From NCBI RefSeq assembly GCF_000400465.1, contig NW_008806283.1, positions 390,001 through 422,000 on the forward strand: 32,000 nucleotides of DNA, read 5' to 3'. Shown piece after piece: positions 21,795 through 32,000 of the stretch (positions are counted from its first letter, which is position 1; each line of letters begins with the position of its first letter). The translations under genes were made by a program, and so were the position numbers. The notes beneath the pieces are model-generated. The model was not told where the DNA came from and did not search any database. It saw only the letters and a list, made by a program, of their open reading frames with translations. Source of the DNA: Wallemia ichthyophaga EXF-994. Lineage: Eukaryota > Fungi > Basidiomycota.

Positions 21795-22938
21795 ATGGCA
21801 TCTGCAAGAAGAGGACGTAAGAGCGTAAAGAAGGGACTGCAGTTCACAGTTATGGTTGTTGGCGCCAGTGGCACTGGCCGCACGACGTTCGTCAACACTC
21901 TGTGTGAATCTGAGGTGCTTCCGCACAAGCCAAATGACAGCCCAGAAACTGCTCACATCGAAGAAGGCATCAAGATTAAGCCACTCACCGTTGAACTCGA
22001 TGAAGAGGGCTTTAGAATCGCTCTCACCATCGTAGACACTCCTGGGTTCGGCGACAACATCAACAACGAATCTAACTTCCAGGAAATTGTTGGTTACCTT
22101 GAACGCCAATACGATGACATTCTCGCTGAGGAGTCGCGTATCAAGCGTAACCCACGCTTCCGTGACAACAGAGTTCATGCTCTTCTCTACTTTATTCCTC
22201 CAACTGGTCACTCTCTCAGGGAAATGGATATTGAACTCATGCGCAAACTCTCCCCACGCGTTAATGTCATTCCTGTAGTCGGCAAAGCTGATTCGTTGAC
22301 ACCTTCAGAACTGAAAAATTTCAAAAAACGCGTCATGGAGGATATCGAACATTACGAAATACCCATCTACTCATTCCCATATGATGTTGAGGAGGATGAC
22401 GAGGATACGGTGATGGATAATTCCGAGTTGAGGGTGAGTTTTGATGTTTGAAGAGAGGTGTCTTACTCACTCATGCACACACCAGGCTATGCTCCCATTT
22501 GCCATTGTCGGTTCAGAAGAGGAAATGACGATTGATGGCGAGGTCGTAAGAGCGCGTCGCTATCCTTGGGGAATAGTCAATGTAGACGATCCCGCTCATT
22601 CGGACTTTTCGAGATTAAGATCAGCGCTGCTCAGCTCGCATCTCACAGATCTCAAAGAAATCACACACGATTTCCTCTACGAGAACTACCGTACTGAGAA
22701 GCTGTCGCGTGGGGGCGGTGAATATGGCTCACACTACCCTATTGGTAACTCATCGTCTATGGGCTCTAACCAGAACAGCGGCGAGGATCCAGAGGGTGTG
22801 CGTCACAAAGAGGAGCAGCTGCGTAGAGAAGAGGATAAGTTTAGAGAGATTGAGCTGCGCGTCCAGCGTGAAATTGCTGAAAAGAGAGCTGAACTCGCTG
22901 CCAAGGAGGAGAATCTCCGTCATCTCGGTGTGGCTTGA
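21795..22938 (+). CDS. CDC11: Septin, Cdc11/AspA type. Exons 21795-22433, 22486-22938 (a further intron 22928-22979 ending at stop 22990 is possible)
   Basis: Polybasic RRGRKSVKKG, G1 GASGTGRTT, G3 DTPGFGD, G4 VGKADSLT, septin-unique RRYPWG and C-terminal coiled coil. Intron 22434-22485 (GTGAGT..CAG). Confidence 0.85.
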
Positions 22939-23031
22939 AGGTAGGTAGTTAATGAAGTAGCTTATGATAAATAAACAAGATGAATTGTAAAGAAATGAAT
23001 CATATTCTATACCCAAGATAAGACAAAACAA

Positions 23032-23964
23032 TCAGATTAGGCTGCCGCTAATTTCCATCTCTATAGCCTTGGGGGTGAGACCGAGACGAGGCAAAACACT
23101 TTGATAACGTGTATCAGACAGGGTTTTGAGGTACTTGAGGAGTTTTGCACGGTGGTGAACGAGTTGAGAGAGAGAGCGCTTGTTTTGAGTGTCTCTAGGA
23201 TTGAGTTGGAGGTGAGTGACCAAGCTTCTTATCCTGGTAGTGAGAATAGCCGCCTGTACTTCGACTTTTCCTGAGTCACCTTGGTGTGTAGGTTGAGTTG
23301 AGTTGCCGTTAACATGGCCATCACCAAAAGCAGTGATACATCTACGGATATTCTCCAGCATGATGCCTTTAGCGGATGAGTTCCTGAGGTCGATAAGGCG
23401 GCTGAAAGTTTCTAATTTGATGCGCTCGTGCTCAACGACAGTCTCGATATCAATGTCAGAGAGGAGGCTGTTTGATTGAGTTTTCCTCTGTGCAGAGAGA
23501 GAAGGGAGGGTTTTGAATATGGACAAGAGGTCCTCAGAGCGCATTGGGGTGTTGAGCAGCTTAGGGATTTCAATACCGGGGAAGGCGTCATTAGGGTCGT
23601 CTGGAACGCCAGTCAAGTGAGAGAGGGGAGCTCTGCCAGATACGCCATTGACGTTACTGTACACTTGCTCAGGTGTCAGAACAATCTGAGCGAGTTGGGA
23701 GTTGTTCCAAATGTCTTCTTCACCCGATCGATAGCCAAGTGCAGGTGAAGGGAGGTTTGAGTGTTGAGCATCTACCACCGATTGCTTCCGAGAGATGTTC
23801 ACCTTCTTCTTCAGCCTCGAAGATTGTTTGCGCTTGCTAACGAGATTAACAGCGCTTGTTGTGAGGGTGCGGTGAGTGTTGGCTGGGAATGGCTGGTGAG
23901 AGGTGGTTGAATAAGGGGTAGAGTACTAACGCTGTGATTGAGCCAGTTTGAATACGCTCAACAT
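23032..23964 (-). CDS. MRPS28: Mitochondrial ribosomal protein uS15m, ~294 aa. Exons 23964-23931, 23882-23032
   Basis: C-terminal S15 domain DSGKVEVQAAILTTRIRSLVTHL..RDTQNKRSLSQLVHHRAKLLKYL. Intron 23930-23883 (GTTAGT..CAG) adds a basic presequence-like N-terminus MLSVFKLAQSQPNTHRTLTTS. Confidence 0.85.
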
Positions 23965-24085
23965 TTTATATTATTTTGAATTTATTTCTTGGTCGTTGGA
24001 GTACAAGATGCTTCTTCCTCCTTAGTTGTGTATGTCCAAGAGGAGCCTCGATTCTTTAGCCAGTTTCTCCAATAAATCAACAAAG

Positions 24086-27000
24086 ATGAGCGTGAACAGC
24101 AATCACAACAGCAATCACATGGCACACCACGCTAATCAATGGCGTACATCTTCGAATCAGCAGCAGCCACAACAACCACAGCAATCACAGCAAACACGAA
24201 AGCCATACTCCCTCCCTGGTCTAATCCGCAAGAAGAAATTCATTGAAAACTCGTATCCTGGCATATCTCTCCCCCCTCAAATCTCCCAGAATCCTAAATC
24301 TCCAATCGCTAACTACGTTTCTCTCAAGTGGGGCTATCAGCCATCCTACCAGACTGTAAAGTGTCTTATCGAAGGCCAACAGAGGTATAGGTGCGTCTAA
24401 TCTACTGCAATATCTGCCCCGCTAAATTTTCATTTTTTTCACAATTAGGTCATTCGTTCTGGCTGATCAATTGCCTGATAGGAATGTTGAAGGCTGCGGT
24501 GATGACGTTGTTGCTAAGACTTCTGAGCAGCTCGCTGCTTTGGACGCTCTCTATCAGCTTCAAGCGTTGGGTCTACTTGAGAAGCCAGAGACTCAAGTTC
24601 AGCCTCAGTCTCAACCCCAAGCAAAACAATTCCATCACTTCTTATCTGACGGCGCCACTGGTTTGGATTTCGAGCTCTCAAAGAGATTTATCGACTTCTA
24701 CTGCCAGAAGTTCAATATGCGTCACTTTGCAGACGCCTATCAAAAGTACTCTTCTAGCACAAAAAGTAAGAAGAAGCACTCCGATGGCTGGGAATGTGTT
24801 ATCGTCATTGCCAATCTTTCCATGGGCAGCGCAAAGCACTCCAATAAGAGGCAGGCTACGCAACTAGCCTATATTGATGCTACAAAGTATCTCGAAAAGT
24901 GCGACAATGGTTTGTGGCTCGAATTTGAACAATCCATTAAGGGTGAAAAGGCCGATAAGGCTGAGAAGGCTGCTATGGAAGCACACAAAGGTGCAACCTT
25001 ATCCTACCAAGCTTCCAATAAGGTACAAGAAATACTCAACAACATCATCGACGATACAAAATCTTCGAAATTGTACTCAAAACGTCCATATAATGATGAA
25101 GACGATGATATCACTACCCGTCCATCCACACCAACATCTCTCACTAACCCTGCTTCCAAGAAACAATTCAAACCACGTAGAGCTCCTGCTAAACGTCACT
25201 TGGAGAATAAATCTCTCTCAATGTCCAAGGACCTTGAGTTCTACAATACAAACCAGCAATTCGAAAAGATTCGCCAGCAGAGAGCTTCACTGCCTATCTT
25301 CACTCAAGCAGAGGAGGTTGTGAAAAGCGTTAATGAAAACATGATTACTGTACTCATGGCCGCCACTGGTTCAGGCAAGACTACTCAGATGCCCCAGCTC
25401 CTCCTCGACGACGCTATCCAGCATGGTAGAGGTGGCAAGTGTAACATTCTCTGCACCCAGCCAAGACGTATTGCTGCCATCTCTGTTGCTCAAAGAGTCG
25501 CTGCTGAGCGTGGTGAGAAGCTCGGCAAAAGAGTTGGCTACCAGGTGCGTTTTGAATCAAAGAAAGCTGAACCTCATGGTTCCATCAATTTTTGCACCAC
25601 TGGTGTCTTCCTCAGACGTATGCAGTCCGCTCTAGAAGAGAGTGAGAGTGTTGATTCTAATGCTGAAGGAGATGCTCAGAGGTATGGCCTACTCGACGAA
25701 ATTACTCATGTTGTCGTCGATGAGGTTCACGAACGTGATATTGATACCGACCTCACTCTCGTTGTGCTCAAGCGTCTTATCGCCGATCGTCAAGCAAGGG
25801 GGAAGCCACTCAAGGTTATTCTCATGTCAGCTACCATAGACTCCGATCTCTTCCAAAACTACTTTGCTTCTGTCAACAACGGCGTACCTGCCCCAGTTGC
25901 TGATATACCTGGACGCTCTTACCCGGTGACAAAACACTTCCTCGACGACTATCTCGAGGATCTCAAGGCAGTGCCCGAAAGAGAAGGTGGCTGGGTGTGG
26001 AGAGAGAAGAATGTCAATGAGTACATGAGAAATGAGTTTAGAAGTGAAGTCGGTGGAGATGAAATTGAAATACCATACCCACTCGTAGCTTTAACGATTG
26101 CACATGTTTTGAGCTTCTCGCGCAACGCTGACGGCCATCTGCTCATCTTCTTGCCTGGTTGGGATGAGATTAAGGCTGTGCAGACTATTCTGGAAGAGCA
26201 GCAACTCTGCGGTATAAACTTCAACGACTCTTCCAAATACTCAATTCACGTGCTGCACTCATCGGTGCCTGTCCAAGAGCAACAGAAGATTTTTGAGCCG
26301 TGTGAAGACGGTATCAGGAGGATTATTCTTTCAACAAACGTCGCTGAAACGTCAGTTACCATTCCTGACGTAGTTTACGTCGTTGATGCGGCCAGAGTCA
26401 AGGAGAAGAGATACGATGCGGAGCGTCACATGAGTCAGCTAGTATCGGCGTGGGTCGGCAAGTCCAACCTCAACCAGCGCGCCGGTAGGGCCGGTAGACA
26501 CCGTGAGGGAGAGTACTATGGTGTTCTGTCCAAGCGCAGGTATGAGTCGTTAGCAGCACACCAGACTGTCGAGATGAAGAGGGTAGATTTGAGCGAGGTA
26601 GTGCTTCGCGTGAAAGCGCTTAACTTCCCCGGTCTCGAAGTCGAGGATGTGCTAGCGCAGGCGATCGAGCCACCAGCTCCCGAAAGGGTGAAGTTGGCGC
26701 TCGATAGGCTCTATCTGATCGGAGCAATTAATAAGAAGAAGGAGCTTACGTCGCTTGGTAAGGTGTTGCTCCAGCTGCCGATTGAAGCGCCTATCGGCAA
26801 ACTGATACTATATGCGACCTTTTTCAGATGTCTCGATCCTGCACTCACTCTCGCTGCTATTCTCACCAACCGGGATCCGTTCGTCGCACCGCTTGATCAC
26901 CGCGCAGAAGCCAATGCGGCGAAGCAGAAATGGAGTCGGTTGGAGTACAAGAGCGACCCGTTCACCATCCTCAATGCATACGAAGCGTGGTGGGCGCTGC

Positions 27001-28287
27001 ATAGCGCTGGGCGCCACTCGCAGGCGTGGGACTTTGTCAACGAGAATTTCCTCTCGCGTGCCACTCTCTTGCAGATCAGACAGGTCAAGGAGCATCTCTA
27101 CAAGTCGCTCGAAAGTCTCAAGCTGACTGACTTCATGACGGCTGATCCTGCACTCAACAAGTCCAAGATCGGTGCTGAGAAGTTGCGCGCGAGGAGAGGA
27201 GAGTTGATTGTACCGGAGTATCTCAATACTAACGCTCGCTCTAAACCCCTCCTCGCGGCTCTCATCGCTATGTCATGCTCACCTAACTTTGCTCTCAGGA
27301 CGGGCGATCGCAATCATCGCATGGCAGCTGAAAAGGTGCGTGGGGTTGTATGGTATGGTATTTCACTAACATAATTACAATCTACAGAGCGTATTCATTC
27401 ACAGCTCTTCCGTTCTCCATCCTAGAAACGAAAAGGATGAAGTAGCCTACAAGAAGCAGATGGATCATTTCAACAAGCACATTGTCTCCTTCCAAGAAAA
27501 AACAAAGAATATCTCCAACCTCTCAGCAGGTCCTGGTGGGAAGGAGCCGCAAGTGATGTTGCGGATGTGTACGCGACTCGACTTGATGGTGTATGCCATA
27601 TTCGGCGCAGCGGAGATCAAGCTGGATGACTACAGCGGGGACTATGTGCTAGATGACTGGGTGACGCTGTTCGGAGGTGAGTGACAGGAGTGCTGAAGTT
27701 TGTTTAATTTACTAAACCTTGTCACAGCCACACCTCAACTCGAATCACTGCGCAGACTTAAGGCAATGGTGCACTCGTGCATGTTGCGCGCATTCGAAGG
27801 TGTACACGCGGGTAGTGCACTCGAGCAGACGGAGATGTACAATGACGAAGAGGTGTATAAGCTCGATAACATGCTGCTCCTTCAGAGTGAAGAAGAGGCT
27901 GAACAGAGCAACGAGGAGAAACTGTCACCCAAGGAGCAGGTGGAGCTTGATGTGATGGCTAACAATGTCGTCTTCCTGTTGAACCAGTTTGCAAACGATA
28001 AGGCCGAGCTGGAGGGTAAGGTATTGCGCAAACATGCTCCCTCGGCAGGCAAGAAGAATGCTTCTAGTAGTAGTTACGGTAATGGTAATGGTAATGGCAA
28101 TGGTAACGGTAATGGTGGCTTCGGTATCAAGCAAATACTGAAAAGATCTGCCCCATCTGCTTCCAGCTATAGCAGCAGACAGCCTAGTAGTGCGAGCAGT
28201 AGCAATATTAGCAGGGAGACAAGCAGAAGCAATAGCAGACCAGCAGCTACAGGTTCTCGAGGAGTGGAAGCCTCTAGGTGGAGATAG
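24086..28287 (+). CDS. DEAH-box RNA helicase (DHX30/DHX36/DHX57-like) with putative N-terminal dsRNA-binding-type regions, ~1346 aa. Exons 24086-24390, 24449-27335, 27388-27676, 27728-28287; alternative in-frame ATG at 24032
   Basis: AATGSGKTTQ (I), TQPRRIAAISVA (Ia), DEVHERD (II), MSAT (III), FLPG (IV), STNVAETSVTIPDV (V), QRAGRAGR (VI), HA2 region. Three introns (58, 52, 51 nt) keep the frame (4041 nt). Confidence 0.9.
28078..28116 (+). repeat. Coding hexanucleotide repeat (GGTAAT-like) giving a Gly-Asn run in the helicase tail
   Basis: ggt aat ggt aat ggt aat ggc aat ggt aac ggt aat ggt read directly. Confidence 0.8.
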
Positions 28288-28445
28288 ATGTATACAGAAG
28301 TATAAAATGTGATGATTAATAGATTTATTTAAATATTCTTATCTTTGCATTTGTCGCGTGTTGACATTGGCTGTACTGTACGCCCACGCCTCTCTCGCTC
28401 CACTCACACTCTCACGCCTCGCGCGCCTCTGTCGGAGATGCAGTG

Positions 28446-29972
28446 ATGCAACAGCAAAACAAAATCAGCGAAAGAATACAAGCGCTGGAGCAGTCGACGC
28501 AGTTGTCGCAGTATGCATCAGTGCGCCAGCGGACAGCGCAGTCGCGACAGAATGCATACACAGCGCAGGCCATAGACAGCAGACTGTCCGTCAAGGGACG
28601 TGCAGCGCGCTTCTCGCAATTCGACACAGGCAAGCCATTGGAACCTGTGAGGCAGAACAGTGTAAGTGGAGGTGGACAGATTATTGGCAATAGGATACCC
28701 AGAGTCAGTGTCGGTGAGGGTGGTGCGGGGGTTGCAGGTGGTGTAGGTGGTGCGCAATTAGGTGTGCAGGCTCACAGGAGCATCAGCGCGGGACCAGCTG
28801 GAGCTAGTGTCAATAACCCCGGCGATCACACCTCTACACACTCTCCAACCGCCTCACAGCGCAGGAGGTCAGAGGATATCGCTGTATTGAGTGGCTCGCG
28901 CCTTTCAATAATGTCCGATCAGAGCTCTCAGTCGATGCCAACGTGGCAGAGTCCTGCTAAGGTGCTTGGCGCCGAGGAGCAGCGCGAAAGAGAGACAGAC
29001 AGAGTGGAGACAATAGGGATGGATAAGGTGGATGAAGCGGCAGGATTAGCCAAAATAGATACAAAAACCAGCAATCAAAATCAAAATCAAAGTCGCAATC
29101 ACAGCTGCAGACGCAAACCACTGCCATCATTCGTTGTGCGTGAGAGAGAAGAGCATTTTGATAAGGAAGCGACATTCCCCAACGAAACAGACAACGGGTG
29201 GAACTATATAGCGACAAATAAATCAAAACAGTCCGACTCAGATGCCAAGGCACACGCCCAAAAAGAAACAGAATTAGCGCAAGCAGAAGACTTCGGTCCA
29301 TCGATACCACTGGAAGAACGCTTCAACTTTATATCCCTCACTGAACCACCTGCGATATCAAAGCTTGAGCCTAAGTTGATTGGTAATCACAGCAATGACA
29401 ACAGCTATGACAAGATAATACCCAATAAAAGACCGCATAACACAAGTGCAGCCGGTGATTGGAGATCACCGCATAAAGCAAGATTGTCGACTTCAGCAGA
29501 CTCAATCGCCGGCTCAACTAAATCCACTTTCAAGAGCTCAATGGGCAGGATATTTAAAGGAAGGATGTTTAGGAGAAGAAAGACGCTCGAGGGCGTGCAG
29601 ATAAATACATCGCAAAGTGATATCCCACCACTGCCTACGAGCTTCAGTCAGACTTTGCCGGCAGTGAGGAGCATTGAGCCAATGAAGATCGACCTACCTA
29701 CAGCCGAGGATATTGATCAGCGCGAGGAGAATGGGAAGAGGGAGGAGAGGCGGAGCCGCGAGAGAAAGGAGGAGATGGTTAGGAATAGGATGGTGCAGGA
29801 GGAGCGCTTGCGCAAGATAAAGGAAGCTGAGCAGCGGCGTAAGCAGGAGAAAGTGAGACATGAGAAGATAAAAGAAGATGAGACCAAACAAGAGAAGAGA
29901 AATCGAGAAAAGGAAATAGCGATTGAGGATGCTGATTGGGCAACTGCTGTGATCAGGGAGTATGGAGAGTGA
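28446..29972 (+). CDS. Hypothetical low-complexity protein with C-terminal charged coiled coil, ~508 aa
   Basis: Long uninterrupted ORF filling the space between two conserved genes; no domain recognised. Confidence 0.65.
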   Translation: MQQQNKISERIQALEQSTQLSQYASVRQRTAQSRQNAYTAQAIDSRLSVKGRAARFSQFDTGKPLEPVRQNSVSGGGQIIGNRIPRVSVGEGGAGVAGGVGGAQLGVQAHRSISAGPAGASVNNPGDHTSTHSPTASQRRRSEDIAVLSGSRLSIMSDQSSQSMPTWQSPAKVLGAEEQRERETDRVETIGMDKVDEAAGLAKIDTKTSNQNQNQSRNHSCRRKPLPSFVVREREEHFDKEATFPNETDNGWNYIATNKSKQSDSDAKAHAQKETELAQAEDFGPSIPLEERFNFISLTEPPAISKLEPKLIGNHSNDNSYDKIIPNKRPHNTSAAGDWRSPHKARLSTSADSIAGSTKSTFKSSMGRIFKGRMFRRRKTLEGVQINTSQSDIPPLPTSFSQTLPAVRSIEPMKIDLPTAEDIDQREENGKREERRSRERKEEMVRNRMVQEERLRKIKEAEQRRKQEKVRHEKIKEDETKQEKRNREKEIAIEDADWATAVIREYGE

Positions 29973-30240
29973 GATTAGTGGGGGTGTTTAGGAGGGAGGG
30001 CGTTTAGTGTTGGTCTAGCAAGACAATAGGCGATCGTAGGGAACATAACTTTTTTTTTAACCTTGGAAAGACAGGAAAACCTTCATTCTTTTACACTTAT
30101 CAACATATTTGCGTTATCCTCATTCACTCATTATACCACAACGCATATACTCAAAGAATTCATATTACATTTACATTGATACGAAATTTAGTCATACAAA
30201 TGTGTTTACCGTGTATGTCTTACTAACAGCGACTACCCCA

Positions 30241-31780
30241 CTACGCGCTAGTAGCATTGTTGAAGAGTAGAAGGTTTGGAGAGCCCTGCTCGACGTCGGT
30301 AAGCAAGCCTCTGCCAGCCAATTCGAGGAGAGACTGCTTCAGGAAGGCTGGAGAGATGGGTTCTGGGGTTGGTGGCAGTGGAGCGCTTGGCTTTGGCTTG
30401 AACCAGTCCAACCAGCCAGGGAGAAGACCGCCAATTGTGTCGAGCACGGTCTTGATTCCTGTGTCGTACATCTCCTGTGAAACTGAATTTGCGAAAGACT
30501 TATGTGCTGCGTTCGCATGGAGTGAGAGGAGATAGGCCAAAGCGCCCGCCGTGTGTGGGGAGGCCATAGACGTGCCTGAGATGGTGTTGATCGAGTTAGG
30601 ACCGCTGTTCCATACCGACAGAATGTTTAAACCAGGTGCGAATATGTCAACGCACTTGCCAACGTTAGAGAAATACGCACGCTCATCCCAAAGAGTTGAA
30701 GCACCGACAGTGACAGCTTTCTGAGAAGCGGCTGGTGAGTATTCACAGGCATCCCTATTATCGTTGCCGGCAGCGACGGCGAAAGCCAAGCCCGATTCGA
30801 CTGCCTTGTCAACAGCTCTGTCGAGAGCAGGCGACTTGCCACCACCGAGAGACATGTTGGCGACGGAGCCCTTGTGTGAAGTGGAGCCAGTCTGGCGGAG
30901 CTCTTCGGCCGCAGCGTCAGCCTTGCTCTTGGCGTCTTGGGCAGCCCAGAGGACACCGGCGACGACGTCCGACATGGTGCCTGAACCAGCTGAGCCGAGA
31001 ACCTTAACGGCGTAGAGCTGTGCTTTCTTAGCAACTCCGTACTTGCGTGAGCCTATTGTGCCGGCGCAGTGAGAGCCGTGACCATTACCATCCTCGTCGA
31101 CATCGCCCATAGGCATCGTCTTGCCCCAGTGTGCACGCCCTTCGAACTCAACGTGAGCCGTGTTGATACCTGTGTCGACTATGTACACATTCACGCCCTC
31201 TCCGCCATGTGGGTCGTAGACGTACTTGTTGAAAGTGGAGAGCGAGAGTGGGTTGTGGTGGGATATGCGCGCAAGCCCCCAAGGAGCTCCTTTTTGAGTT
31301 GCGGGAGAGTCTGCGTCGAAAGTCTCTGCCAGATCACTCACTTCATCTAATCCCTGATAGATATCCTGTGTGTGCGCAATCGAGTCACGCTCAATGTGAT
31401 CAATTTCAGGGTTTGCGCGGAGGAGGTGGACAGCGTCTTCGTCAACGTCATGGAGCGAGTAGCCGTTGAAGATGCTGTCACCCGCGTGGTCGAGGTTGTA
31501 GATATGTCCGAAGCGCCCGGCGCCGGAGCGTTTGGATAGCGAGTGGGCGAGCGTGGTGAGATGAGAGCTGGCTTTGCGAAAGTTAGATGGGCTGTGGGTT
31601 CTTTATTTACCCACTCTCAACGCCGTCCTTTAAAACGACAATGTACGAGTTGTGGACGCGTGGGTCAGTCACACCGTCGATATGAGCCTGTCCATAGATC
31701 GGTGCCAATTCCTGGGTGAATATCGGCGTGGCCAGCGTGGATGCTGCGAGCGTGAGTAATGCTAGTGTTTTCTTGATCAT
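30241..31780 (-). CDS. PRB1: Vacuolar subtilisin-like serine protease (S8A, proteinase B/cerevisin type), ~498 aa prepro-enzyme. Exons 31780-31615, 31571-30241
   Basis: Signal peptide MIKKTLALLTLAASTLA, I9 prodomain (SYIVVLKDGV), APWGLARISH, catalytic D (YIVDTG), H (DGNGHGSHCAG), S (GTSMASPH). Intron 31614-31572 (GTGGGT..CTAAC..AAG). Confidence 0.92.
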
Positions 31781-31811
31781 GGTCGTTATTCTGAGGGAGA
31801 CACACGCAATT

Positions 31812-31862
31812 GATAAATCCGGCTGATAAGCGCGATAAAACTAAAAAATCTAGTGACGTCAC
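31812..31862. promoter_or_regulatory. Cluster of three GATAA motifs and a perfect CRE palindrome upstream of PRB1
   Basis: GATAA at 31812, 31825 and 31834; GTGACGTCAC at 31853-31862. Function is inferred. Confidence 0.5.
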
Positions 31863-32000
31863 AAGGTACATATATTAAATTCGTATGTTTACTGGATTTA
31901 TTGCGTGTATTGTGCATTAGGTGTACTAGCCCTCTTTCAAATAACTCCCCTTGATGCTCGCCACACTTTCAAAGTCGTACATCCGCCGGTATCTATTGCG

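Noticed and set aside
21858-21884. Septin P-loop with Arg instead of Lys (GASGTGRT)
   Set aside because: As I recall this is normal for Cdc11/AspA-type septins of filamentous fungi, so it supports the call rather than being novel.
31290-31341. GTGAGT inside the protease as an intron donor
   Set aside because: Splicing to the nearby AG breaks the frame, and the unspliced read keeps the conserved TQKGAPWGLARISH.
1-32000. CRISPR arrays, rRNA, prokaryotic operons or secondary-metabolite clusters
   Set aside because: No repeat-spacer pattern, no rRNA-like sequence and no backbone enzymes; content is spliceosomal housekeeping genes.

Overview
Eukaryotic, intron-containing DNA from a very gene-dense fungus. 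The protein families look basidiomycete, and the 43-63 nt introns and tiny intergenic spacers suggest a Wallemia-like compact genome (inference, not verified). By hand-splicing the ORF track I reconstructed 17 protein-coding genes: HSP104 (5' end outside the window), a PYP1-type HAD phosphatase, a class I cAMP phosphodiesterase, a Nup98-type GLFG nucleoporin, a GT32-like glycosyltransferase, KEL3, Lunapark, a small acidic GPI-type protein, an F-box-like gene (junction unresolved), RUD3 golgin, EMC3, DPB4, a CDC11-type septin, mitochondrial uS15, a DEAH helicase, an orphan protein and a PRB1-type subtilase. The only accessory DNA is at ~3.1-5.5 kb: a 5'-truncated, stop-interrupted non-LTR retrotransposon remnant lying head-to-head ~75-105 bp upstream of an intron-containing tRNA-Glu(TTC) gene. 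That layout resembles tRNA-targeted retroelements and is the best candidate for an undescribed system, but it is a single copy and unproven. Other notable points: a start codon split by an intron (AT|G) in the nucleoporin, symmetric phase-1 exons across its FG domain, no HF/S cleavage motif or Nup96 part, and two divergent genes whose start codons are 27 bp apart. All exon models are manual predictions from GT-AG sites and reading-frame continuity.
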